A stretch of 40,029 bases of DNA from a virus (lineage: Duplodnaviria; Caudoviricetes). Below the pieces are notes generated by a model that saw nothing but the letters and a program-made list of their open reading frames with translations, did no database searches and was not told where the DNA came from. The stretch is taken from positions 1 through 40,029 of IMG/VR virus record IMGVR_UViG_3300022666_000337; one strand, given 5' to 3'. This document shows, one piece after another, positions 16,944-24,539 of this stretch (its first letter is position 1; the number at the start of each line of letters is the position of its first letter). A program made the position numbers and the translations under genes.

Positions 16944-18211
16944 CCCCCGAAGAGTTTGACGCAATCTTCAAACTCCCCTTCAACGAGGCTTCCAGGTTCT
17001 TTCAACAGAAGTTGAATATCCAAACGAAAGCCTGGGATGACCTGTGGAAGGAACAGCACGCCCGGGGCTTCATGTCCGCCGGGGCCATGAAAGCCGCCCT
17101 GCTGGAAGACCTGCGCGGCGCGGTGCAGAAGGCCATCGACGGCAAGCTGTCTCTGAAGGAGTTCCGGGAGCAATTCGACGGAATCGTGGAGAAACACGGC
17201 TGGGCCTATAAGGGAGGCCGCAACTGGCGCAGCCGCCTGATCTGGGACACCAATATCACCACATCCTACCAGGCGGGCCGCTGGCAGCAGTTCCAGGAAG
17301 GTGGCGCCGAGTACCTGCGCTACGTCCATGCCGACGGGGTGATGAACCCGAGGCCGCTGCATCTGGCCTGGAACGGCCGAGTGGTGCGTATAGATGACCC
17401 TTGGGTTGGCACCCATTACCCTCCGAACGGTTGGGGATGCCATTGCCGGATGGTGCGGGCATGGAAAGAGGACTATGACGCAGCAACGGCATCAGGGCTT
17501 GCCGACGCGCCACCATCCCCCATCGATCCCAAGACCGGCGCGCCGGTCGGCATAGACAAAGGGTGGGATTACAACGTGGGCGAGGCGGGTATGCTCCGCC
17601 ATGAGGATGCTCTGGGCCGAAAGCTGGCAACACTGGCTGATAAGATCGCCGAACCCCTCTATGGAGAGCTGAAAAAGAATCTCTCCACGCTCAATGATGA
17701 ACGGTTTGCAGAGTGGGTAAAGGCAATCCACGCAAATACGACTGCGGACGGCATCATCAAAACCACCGGTGAAATGCGGACAGTGTGGTTTGTTGAACCG
17801 AAAATCCGTTCCCGTCTATTAGAAGTCGGTGGGAAGGATCTGGAGTCGGTCCTGATTACTGTCACGGATAAGGATCTGATCCATTTGGAGCATGGCCAGG
17901 ACTTGGCCAAGGGTGGTGACAGGGCGCGAAAAGAAAGGATTGTGTCACTCGACGAGGTTGCTTCCCTTCCAAGATTGATAAGGGAGTCTCGCGCGGTCTT
18001 GTTTGAACCGGGCAAACGGCCTGCCCTGCTCTATGTGTTCGACGTGGGATCGGATGCCAAAAGCGGCAAATGGGTGGTGAGGATGGATATGCTGAACAAA
18101 AAAGCCGGAATAACCAGCAATGCGGTTACCTCCGGCAGCCATGTCCCCGTCGCCAATCTGCTGGGCAATGTCGGCAGCGGGAAGTACATCCTTTTGGATG
18201 GTGAGTTGTAG
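16940..18211 (+). CDS. muF: MuF head morphogenesis protein with C-terminal putative BECR-fold (PBECR-like) nuclease domain
   Basis: MuF motifs TNITTSYQAGRW, RP.H.AW.G, YPPNGWGCHC; about 170-aa lower-GC extension with LIH..H, SLDEVASLP.LI..S.AVLFE and LLYVF. Nuclease call is tentative. Confidence 0.85.
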   Translation: MTPEEFDAIFKLPFNEASRFFQQKLNIQTKAWDDLWKEQHARGFMSAGAMKAALLEDLRGAVQKAIDGKLSLKEFREQFDGIVEKHGWAYKGGRNWRSRLIWDTNITTSYQAGRWQQFQEGGAEYLRYVHADGVMNPRPLHLAWNGRVVRIDDPWVGTHYPPNGWGCHCRMVRAWKEDYDAATASGLADAPPSPIDPKTGAPVGIDKGWDYNVGEAGMLRHEDALGRKLATLADKIAEPLYGELKKNLSTLNDERFAEWVKAIHANTTADGIIKTTGEMRTVWFVEPKIRSRLLEVGGKDLESVLITVTDKDLIHLEHGQDLAKGGDRARKERIVSLDEVASLPRLIRESRAVLFEPGKRPALLYVFDVGSDAKSGKWVVRMDMLNKKAGITSNAVTSGSHVPVANLLGNVGSGKYILLDGEL

Positions 18212-18292
18212 GCGTCGCACCGGGAGTCGAACCACGGGGCCAGTTGACCGTTTACCAGTCAACGACTCTACCACTGAGTGCTATACGACGCC
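18211..18292 (-). ncRNA. tRNA-like (cloverleaf) non-coding RNA
   Basis: GGCGUCGUA/UGCGACGCC stem; D-arm ACUC-AGUGGUA-GAGU; GUUGACU/GGUCAAC arm with 7-nt loop; T-loop GUUCGAC; non-canonical spacing; no encoded CCA. Confidence 0.75.
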
Positions 18293-18305
18293 TTGAGTAG
18301 TTCAA

Positions 18306-18334
18306 ATTATATCTCACACATATCCGGATGTAAA
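18306..18334 (-). promoter_or_regulatory. sigma70 promoter driving the tRNA-like RNA
   Basis: Minus strand TTTACA (18334-18329), 17 nt, TATAAT (18311-18306). Confidence 0.8.
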
Positions 18335-18347
18335 CAGGGATTAATCA

Positions 18348-18887
18348 ATGGACACGAAGGTAATTATACAAGATGAGCAGGTAAATGCGGTCCTGGCGAG
18401 GCTCGCCGCCGCGGTCGAGGATACGACCCCGGCCATGCACGAGATCGGGCAGTACTACGAGGGGCGGGTCCTGCAGAACTTTGCGGACGAAAGCGACCCC
18501 GAGGGGCGGCCCTGGCCCAGGCTTTCCGCGGTTACCCTGGGGATGGGGCTGGCCAAGGGAAAACGGCTGAAGAAGAGCGGCCACCTGGCCAAGGCGGGAC
18601 GGCAGTACCTGACCAACAAGAAAATGCTGGTTGAAAGCGGTGACCTGCGCCGGACAGTCCACTACCAGGCTGATCGAAATCAGGTGATTATCGGCGCGGG
18701 TGGAGAGATTAAGTACGCGGGCGTCCACCAGTTCGGCACGCTGATCGCCGGAAGGGGCCGCAAGACCAGGATACCGGCGCGGCCCTACTTGGCAGTCAAC
18801 GAGGGCGCCGGCATGCGGCTGGCGGAAAAGGACCGACAGCGGATTATCGAGATCGTGGAGAAGCACATCGAGAAGGCGAAGGGGTAA
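18348..18887 (+). CDS. Virion morphogenesis protein (Mu G/gp31-like)
   Basis: F..E.DPEG.PW..LS, L..SG.LR, YAGVHQFG, IPARPYL. Confidence 0.9.
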   Translation: MDTKVIIQDEQVNAVLARLAAAVEDTTPAMHEIGQYYEGRVLQNFADESDPEGRPWPRLSAVTLGMGLAKGKRLKKSGHLAKAGRQYLTNKKMLVESGDLRRTVHYQADRNQVIIGAGGEIKYAGVHQFGTLIAGRGRKTRIPARPYLAVNEGAGMRLAEKDRQRIIEIVEKHIEKAKG

Positions 18888-18895
18888 TCTCAGAA

Positions 18896-18930
18896 ATCCC
18901 CCCTAGCCCCCCTTTGTCAAAGTGGGGGAT
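18896..18930. repeat. REP-like palindromic element
   Basis: ATCCCCCCTAGCCCCCCTTTGTCAAAGTGGGGGAT. Confidence 0.5.
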
Positions 18931-19076
18931 CGAAAAAACGACCGAACGCCAAATTTGCCCTGTGAGGCGTTTTCTTGGTCCGGGGTATGCCGATATGCCG
19001 GGTTGCCTGCTCCGACGATTTTTAAATTATGTTTAAACGCCATTCCTGCGATTTCTGAAAACAGGCTGTGAGGAAT

Positions 19077-19119
19077 TTACGGCCTCGTAAATGTCAGGGG
19101 TGATTTGAAGTGATACGGT
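19077..19119 (+). promoter_or_regulatory. Late promoter candidate (PI-like)
   Basis: Dyad TTACG-GCCT-CGTAA, 23 nt, then TG-a-TACGGT; upstream of the protease gene. Confidence 0.6.
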
Positions 19120-19141
19120 GCGAGCACCGTGAGGAGGTAGG

Positions 19142-20155
19142 ATGAAAAAACGAATCAAGATGTTGAAGCCGGGACGCTTCACTGCCATGAACGGCAAGGT
19201 GGTGAATTTCACCGAGGCGGACTTGAAGGCCACGGCCGCGGCATACAACCCTGAGACCTACGCGGCCCCGTTCGTCATCGGGCATCCGAAGCATGACGAC
19301 CCGGCCTACGGCAGGGTTGGGACCGCCGAATTCGCCGAGGGATTCCTGATGGGTGAGCCCGACCAAGTGGACCCGGCCTTCGCCGAAGCGGTCAACGCCG
19401 GGAAGTTCAACCGGGTATCCCTGTCCCTTTATGAGCCGGACAGCCCGAACAACCCGGTACCCGGAGTTTACTATCCCCGGCATCTCGGATTTCTCGGGGC
19501 CATGCCGCCGGCGGTGAAGGGGCTCGGGACCGTGAGCTTCGCGGAGGGAGAAACCGGGATTATTGAGCTTAGCGACTGGAACGATCGGACCATCGCCCGT
19601 GTGCTCCGGGGCGTCAAGAACTTCCTGATCGGAGAGTTCGGAGCGGAGAAGGCCGAGACGGCCCTACCTGAATGGGACCTGGAGAGCATAACCGAAGAGG
19701 CATTGCGGCCCGAGATACAGACCGAAGCGACGCCGGAACCGGCATTCGCTGAAACGAACAAGGAGGAGGGAGCCATGGGTATGACGGCCGAACAGATCGC
19801 CGCCAAAGAGGCGGAATTCGATCAAAGGGAAAAAGCGCTGAAGTCGAAAGAGAACGCCGGCGTGCATGATGGAAACGTGGCCTTCGCCGAGGGGCTGGTC
19901 CAGGCGGGGAAGCTTCTGCCGGCGAACAAGGCGGCCACGGTTGCGGCCTTGGACTTCGCCTGCGGGATCACTGAAGGCGATACCCTGGAATTCGGCGAAG
20001 GGGACGCGAAGCAGACCAAGGCACCTGCCGACGTCCTCAAGGACCTTTTTACCGCCATGCCCAAGCAGATTGAGTTCGGCGAACTGGCGCCGGGCCGGGG
20101 TGAGACCGCCGCCGATGCAAGCAAGATCCCGGCGGACCTGGCGAAACACGTATAA
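19142..20155 (+). CDS. Prohead protease/scaffold (Mu I/Z-like)
   Basis: AP.VIGHP..D.PAYG.V; HLGFLGA.PPAVKG; internal SD+ATG near 19775 could give a scaffold product. Confidence 0.88.
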   Translation: MKKRIKMLKPGRFTAMNGKVVNFTEADLKATAAAYNPETYAAPFVIGHPKHDDPAYGRVGTAEFAEGFLMGEPDQVDPAFAEAVNAGKFNRVSLSLYEPDSPNNPVPGVYYPRHLGFLGAMPPAVKGLGTVSFAEGETGIIELSDWNDRTIARVLRGVKNFLIGEFGAEKAETALPEWDLESITEEALRPEIQTEATPEPAFAETNKEEGAMGMTAEQIAAKEAEFDQREKALKSKENAGVHDGNVAFAEGLVQAGKLLPANKAATVAALDFACGITEGDTLEFGEGDAKQTKAPADVLKDLFTAMPKQIEFGELAPGRGETAADASKIPADLAKHV

Positions 20156-20200
20156 ATCGTAGGGGTGATCCTCGTGATCGCCCGAATACAGGAGGTTTTA

Positions 20201-20797
20201 ATGACCATTAATGGACAAGTCGGGAGCATCTCCCGCGATGAAGAGCGTGCGCAGATCCCCGGGCATGACCCGGTGATCCTGTCGGGCAAGCTGAAGGCGA
20301 ATGACGGCATATACCCGACCGGGCTGGCACTGACCAGGAACGCATCTGCGGAGCTGGTCCCCCTGGCTGAAGTGACGGACGAGGTGATCGAAACCGGTGA
20401 CGGCTCAACCAAGGCGTTCACCGGAACCCTCGCGTCGTACCCGGTGGAGCCGGGCACACTGGCTATCACCGACGGAGTCGAGACATTCGCCGATGACGGC
20501 AGCGGGCGGTTGACCGGGAGCGCGGGAGGCAGTGGAACTATCAATTACCGCACCGGCGCCTATGCCGTGACCTTCAACGCCAATGTCGTGAACGAGGTTG
20601 ACGTTACCGCCGACTATGTGACCGCGGTGGACGGCGTCCTGGATGAACAGGTAGATACCGCTTACAGCGCATCCGGCCTGTATGTCGCCCACGGCACGGT
20701 CGACACCACGGTCCTCAAGGTCGGCAAAACAGCCAAAGCCGCCCCGTCCGCGGCGCTCTTGATGCTGTTGCAGAAGAAGGGGATCTTCCCGAAATAA
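20201..20797 (+). CDS. Putative head decoration protein
   Basis: Between protease and capsid genes; beta-rich; AGGAGG SD. Confidence 0.65.
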   Translation: MTINGQVGSISRDEERAQIPGHDPVILSGKLKANDGIYPTGLALTRNASAELVPLAEVTDEVIETGDGSTKAFTGTLASYPVEPGTLAITDGVETFADDGSGRLTGSAGGSGTINYRTGAYAVTFNANVVNEVDVTADYVTAVDGVLDEQVDTAYSASGLYVAHGTVDTTVLKVGKTAKAAPSAALLMLLQKKGIFPK

Positions 20798-20801
20798 CGA
20801 C

Positions 20802-20843
20802 AAGGGGACAGGCCCTCTAGATCTCCAAAGGGCCTGTCCCCTT
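20802..20843. repeat. Perfect 15-bp inverted repeat (REP-like GGGACAG palindrome)
   Basis: AAGGGGACAGGCCCT (20802-20816) and AGGGCCTGTCCCCTT (20829-20843). Confidence 0.7.
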
Positions 20844-20866
20844 CGGACACACACAGGAGGAACAGT

Positions 20867-21985
20867 ATGAAACGCATTTTCGGTATTCTGTCTATCTGGC
20901 TCGGCCTCATCCTGGTGGCCGTTGTCCTGTTTCCCGGAGCCCCGGCCATGGCTGCAGGCGACCATGGGCAAATGACCACCCTGCCGCTCCTTGCCGTCGG
21001 CTTCATCAACATCCGCGGTCTGTTTACCCGGGAGGCCATCATCAGGTACCTGACCGAGCTCCCGCTGCTGGAGACGCCGGTCATGGATACGGTCTACGTC
21101 GTGCGTCCCCTACAGCCTCTGTCGCTCATCGGCGCCGACCTGGTGCGGTCCGTGGCCACGGCTATGCCCCTTGCTCGCCGGGGTGGCCGGTCAATCACTA
21201 TTGCCGGCGGCACAGGGTCCACCGGCTTCTACGAGCCCTTCCCTATCCGTCCGGATATTGGGGTCACTGGTGGCGACCTTAATAACCTGAAGGTTCTCCA
21301 GGGTGATCAGGCATCCCTTAGCGCTTGGGCACAAGCGAAAACCGAAATCCTGCGGCGGACGGTCCGGGCCACGACCGAAGCGATGTGCGCGGTCTCCTTG
21401 ACCGGGACGCTGTCCTGGCCGGTGAAGCTTGAAGGCGGCGGTTTCGAGACCTATTCGGTTGTGTTCGGCACCATCCAGACATATACCCCTGCCAAGAAGT
21501 GGGACGCAGCCGACGCTAAAATCAAGGATGTATTCCTCACCCTGCGGGGCATGCACAAAAAGCTGAAGGAAAAGGGATACGGCGGCCGGATCGAGACCTG
21601 GGCGAGCGAGGCAGCCTACAACGCCCTGTTTGCTTTGGCTGAGGGTTTCGTCTCCACTGCACAGCTGACGGTTGCCATCACTGAGCAGGGGATCAACGTC
21701 GGCGGGTACCTGGTCAAGCCCCGGGATGAGCTGTATTACAATCCGGAAACCAAGGCCATGGTCCCGGTGGTCGCCGCGAAGACCGTCAAGATGATCGCTC
21801 TGGACGCGGGTCACCAGATGCCCTACTGCGCCATCGACGACCTGGACGGAAATCTCCAGCCGCTCCCCTTCTTCGTCAAGCCGATCAAGACCGATAACCC
21901 GAGCGGCTACCAGCTGGTGGCCGAATCCAAGCCGTTCCCCATTCCCAACGTGGACGGCATCTGCGACGCCACGGTGACGACGTAA
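20867..21985 (+). CDS. Major capsid protein (lambda gpE-like) with hydrophobic N-terminal extension
   Basis: Gene order; TTEAMCA..L.G; KKWD; ESKPFP.P C-terminus. Confidence 0.8.
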   Translation: MKRIFGILSIWLGLILVAVVLFPGAPAMAAGDHGQMTTLPLLAVGFINIRGLFTREAIIRYLTELPLLETPVMDTVYVVRPLQPLSLIGADLVRSVATAMPLARRGGRSITIAGGTGSTGFYEPFPIRPDIGVTGGDLNNLKVLQGDQASLSAWAQAKTEILRRTVRATTEAMCAVSLTGTLSWPVKLEGGGFETYSVVFGTIQTYTPAKKWDAADAKIKDVFLTLRGMHKKLKEKGYGGRIETWASEAAYNALFALAEGFVSTAQLTVAITEQGINVGGYLVKPRDELYYNPETKAMVPVVAAKTVKMIALDAGHQMPYCAIDDLDGNLQPLPFFVKPIKTDNPSGYQLVAESKPFPIPNVDGICDATVTT

Positions 21986-21988
21986 GCC

Positions 21989-22417
21989 ATGGCCTACTGC
22001 ACCCTGGACGATATACGGAGGCAGCTACCGGAGGCGGTTATGACGATCCTCTCCGACGATTCCCTGACGGGAAGCGTCGGAGAGGCCGTGGTGGTAGAAG
22101 CCATTGCCGACGCGGACGCGGAGATCGACGCCTGGATCGGGGGGCGCTACAAGGTCCCCTTTAACCTGGTCCCGGATGTGATCCGGAAGATATCCATCGA
22201 TATCGCCGTGTACAATCTGGAGTCGCGTCGTGGCGGTGACCTACCCGAAGTGCGGAAGGACCGGTACCGGAACGCTGTCAAGCTCCTAGAGAGCATCGCA
22301 AAGGGGACTGTGACAATCGGAGAACAGGAAGCCACAGCGCCGGCAGGCCCCGTGGACCTCCCGCAGTTCACGACTCCGGAACCGGTCTTCACAAAGGACA
22401 CGCTGAAGGGGTTCTGA
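21989..22417 (+). CDS. Head-tail adaptor (Mu gp36, DUF1320)
   Basis: MAYCT..D, AI.DA.AEID..IG.RY..P, DIAVY.L, RY..A.KLL..IA.G. Confidence 0.9.
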   Translation: MAYCTLDDIRRQLPEAVMTILSDDSLTGSVGEAVVVEAIADADAEIDAWIGGRYKVPFNLVPDVIRKISIDIAVYNLESRRGGDLPEVRKDRYRNAVKLLESIAKGTVTIGEQEATAPAGPVDLPQFTTPEPVFTKDTLKGF

Positions 22418-22833
22418 TGTTCATTCACGAAATCGTCGCCAAAGTTACAGATCGTTTAAAGGCCCATATAACCAGCCTTGAAATCGCCACCTTCCCGGAC
22501 AAGCCGGGAGATTACCGGCTCCGCCATCCGCGCGGCGCGCTCCTGATCCACTATGCGGGAAGCGGGGTCGACAAGGGGCGGCATCCAACGATCGCCATCC
22601 GGGCTGTGGCGAGGTTCGAGGGGGACGCGTTGCTGTTCATCGAGGCGGCGCGGCTGATAATCAACGGCTGGCAGATCCCCGGCTGCTCCCGGTTCGAGTA
22701 TGCCGGCGACGAGTTCGTGGAGGAGAAGCAGGGCATCTGGGAGTACGACATTGTTTTCACCACCACCAGCCCGGCCGCGCCGGTGAGCGAAGAGCGGCTG
22801 CGGGAAAAATTGACGGAGTTGGGAATCACGTAA
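22417..22833 (+). CDS. Mu gp37-like tail terminator
   Basis: FPDKP..YRL.HP.GALL..Y.GS; G.WEY; gene order. Confidence 0.75.
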   Translation: MFIHEIVAKVTDRLKAHITSLEIATFPDKPGDYRLRHPRGALLIHYAGSGVDKGRHPTIAIRAVARFEGDALLFIEAARLIINGWQIPGCSRFEYAGDEFVEEKQGIWEYDIVFTTTSPAAPVSEERLREKLTELGIT

Positions 22834-22836
22834 AAC

Positions 22837-22894
22837 CGTTGTCCGTGTCCGTGAAGGCGGTTTTAACGGACACGGACACGGTCGACGGACAACG
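22837..22894. repeat. GTCCGT/ACGGAC palindromic repeat element, copy 2
   Basis: Same arms as 11961-12037; central AAGGCGGTTT is the reverse complement of AAACCGCCTT in copy 1. Confidence 0.7.
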
Positions 22895-22908
22895 AAAAAG
22901 GAGGCTAT

Positions 22909-23703
22909 ATGCCCGCGCAAAATCTTGTTGAATCCAGGTATTACACCGGCCAGGGGGCGCTGCTCATCGCCGAACGCGACGCGACAACCGGGGCGGCCAA
23001 GGGATATACCCACGTGGGGAACTGCCCGGAATTGAAGATGTCCGTAGCCGTGAGCGTGGACGAACACAAAGAATCGACCACCGGTCAGAGCGGCATCGAC
23101 AAGCGCCGCACCAAGGAGACCAAGGTCACTGTTTCAGCGATTATCGAGTCGTTGAACAAGGAGAATCTGGCCAGGGCACTCAGAGGCACGGCCGCTGCCG
23201 TGGCAGCCGGAACCGCTACCGACGAGCCGGTAATCGCCTATCTCGGAAAAACCGTGGCGCTCGCGCATGTCAAGGTGAGCAGCGTGGTGGTGAAGTCGGA
23301 CGACGCCACTCCGGTTACCTACGAGGTTGACAAGAACTATACGGTCAATCCCGAGGCCGGGAGTATCAACATCCTCACCACCGCCGAGCAAACCACCCTT
23401 GGAGCCGTGGCCAACATCGCCGACGAGGACAACCTGGAAATCAGCTACTCCTACGCGGCGCAGGAAACCGTCGACGCCATGACGGAGGGGGCCAAGGATT
23501 ACCGGCTGCGCTTCGAGGGGATGAATACCTCCGAGGACAACAAGGCGGTGGTGGTGGAGGTTTTTAAATTCTCCAGCGACCCGCTGAAAGAACTCTCTCT
23601 TATCGGCGACAGCTGGGGACAGATTGCTCTGGAGGGCGCCGCGCAGCTGGATCTGACCCGCACCACCGGAAGCAAGTTCTTCCGGGAGATCATGGAGGCA
23701 TAA
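22909..23703 (+). CDS. Major tail tube protein (non-contractile)
   Basis: YY.GQG..VGNCPEL..EHKES..G; LRFEG.N; AGGAGG SD. Confidence 0.8.
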   Translation: MPAQNLVESRYYTGQGALLIAERDATTGAAKGYTHVGNCPELKMSVAVSVDEHKESTTGQSGIDKRRTKETKVTVSAIIESLNKENLARALRGTAAAVAAGTATDEPVIAYLGKTVALAHVKVSSVVVKSDDATPVTYEVDKNYTVNPEAGSINILTTAEQTTLGAVANIADEDNLEISYSYAAQETVDAMTEGAKDYRLRFEGMNTSEDNKAVVVEVFKFSSDPLKELSLIGDSWGQIALEGAAQLDLTRTTGSKFFREIMEA

Positions 23704-23707
23704 GTTC

Positions 23708-24106
23708 ATGCGCAAAAACGAAGTAGTCGACCTCGGCGACAAGAAGATCACAGTATGGGAGCTCAAGGTGAGGGGCATCCTCTCTCTCTTTCAAGATGAG
23801 ACAGGCGAGCTGGGTGCGGTGTCCGTCTCATCCCTGATCCGTCGAGCAAAGGATATCATTCCTCTGGCAATGGATTGCACGGTCGAGGGGTTCCAGGATT
23901 TGTCGCCATCAGAACTGGAAGAGGTGTGGGAAGCGTTCAAGCGGGTGAACGCGGTTTTTTTCAAGTTGGCGGGCGCTCTGGGTCTGGCAGACGTGCTCGC
24001 AGACCTGAAAAATTCATTCGTGCGGATTTTCTCGACACTGTATTTCTCCTCATTGAGCGCGGCCACGGCCCCGGAGTCTGGGACTATGGATACGGATTCT
24101 TTATAG
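23708..24106 (+). CDS. Tail assembly chaperone
   Basis: Follows the tail tube gene; VNAVFF motif; overlapping -1 frame ORF runs to 24225. Confidence 0.7.
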   Translation: MRKNEVVDLGDKKITVWELKVRGILSLFQDETGELGAVSVSSLIRRAKDIIPLAMDCTVEGFQDLSPSELEEVWEAFKRVNAVFFKLAGALGLADVLADLKNSFVRIFSTLYFSSLSAATAPESGTMDTDSL

Positions 24107-24225
24107 AGGCTTTACAGGCCCTTTACAAACATGATGAAGAGGCCATGAAGCGCACGGCGGTAGCCTTCCGCATGGGGTACCACGCGGACGCGAAGGGGTT
24201 CGAGCAGTGGATGGAGAAAAGATAA
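23956..24225 (+). CDS. -1 frameshift extension of the tail assembly chaperone
   Basis: -1 frame encodes LIERGHGPGVWDYGYGFF; T-TTT-TTC heptamer at 23956-23962. Confidence 0.55.
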   Translation, partial: FFQVGGRSGSGRRARRPEKFIRADFLDTVFLLIERGHGPGVWDYGYGFFIEALQALYKHDEEAMKRTAVAFRMGYHADAKGFEQWMEKR

Positions 24226-24536
24226 TCACCATCGTCCAGGGAGAGACGCTCCGTTTGCGGGTGAGCCTGCGGAACAAGCGGACCGGCGCTCCTGCCAACC
24301 TCACCGGCGCGACTATCACGGCCGATATCAAGCGGACGTGGACAGCGCCGACCGCCCTGAGATCGTTGACTATCGAGCCGTATGACCTGGCCGAAGGGAT
24401 CTATTATTGCGTACTGGACGAAACTGGATCAAATGCGCTCCCTCCCGGTCACCATGTATTTACCTCTCTGATACGATTTGCCGGCGGAACCGTAAAGAAG
24501 CGCCCGCGTTGCCTGTTTTACGTTTTACCGGGGTGA
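24207..24536 (+). CDS. Beta-rich virion protein (BppU-N-like fibre adaptor)
   Basis: I.QGET..NLTGATITA.IK; precedes the fibre gene. Confidence 0.55.
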   Translation: MDGEKIITIVQGETLRLRVSLRNKRTGAPANLTGATITADIKRTWTAPTALRSLTIEPYDLAEGIYYCVLDETGSNALPPGHHVFTSLIRFAGGTVKKRPRCLFYVLPG

Positions 24537-24539
24537 TGG

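Noticed and set aside
18211-18292. Canonical tRNA gene (loop centre UAA, Leu) or integration-site remnant
   Set aside because: Stem lengths, missing U33, bulged T-stem, short variable arm and absent CCA are non-canonical, and Mu-like phages do not integrate at tRNA genes. Kept as a tRNA-like ncRNA.
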